From Tubulanus polymorphus (taxonomy: Eukaryota > Animalia > Nemertea), in the NCBI RefSeq assembly GCF_964204645.1, contig NC_134026.1, forward strand, positions 23,470,150-23,534,149: a stretch of DNA of 64,000 nucleotides, given 5' to 3'. Below the pieces are notes generated by a model. That model was not told the origin of the DNA and did no database searches. It saw only the letters and a list, made by a program, of their open reading frames with translations. Shown one piece after another: positions 63,921 through 64,000 of this stretch (the stretch's first letter is position 1; every line of letters begins with the position of its first letter). The position numbers and the translations under genes are program-made.

Positions 63921-64000
63921 GTAAGAATTTTTGTTGTTTGAATGTTTGATTGTCTCTATCATAACCTGATCCTGACTGTGATGTTTTCTGCTAAATCTTA

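Overview
AT-rich, intron-containing animal genomic DNA. The IR25a orthologue points to a protostome, probably a spiralian. Gene models were assembled by hand from GT-AG junctions and codon phase. In order: (1) 5' part of a PDE7-type cAMP phosphodiesterase (- strand, 13-kb first intron, runs off the left edge). (2) Head-to-head with it, an 18-exon + strand gene of about 1139 aa that fuses five tandem PDZ domains to a complete PLP-dependent L-serine dehydratase (SDS/SDSL-like); this is the most unusual item. (3) Two tandem SLC29/ENT paralogues with lysosomal-type dileucine motifs, altered cavity residues and a likely gene-conversion tract. (4) IR25a (-). (5) A class A GPCR with an intronless CDS (+), divergent from IR25a. 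(6) ANKRD13 (-) head-to-head with (7) GIT ArfGAP (+, runs off the right edge), the same arrangement as in vertebrates. Non-coding DNA holds several MITE/foldback elements, tiny inverted repeats with 7-bp target duplications that resemble P-element excision footprints, a (TATGTA)n microsatellite and clusters of TAGGCCTA in first introns. No CRISPR, rRNA or tRNA features were seen.
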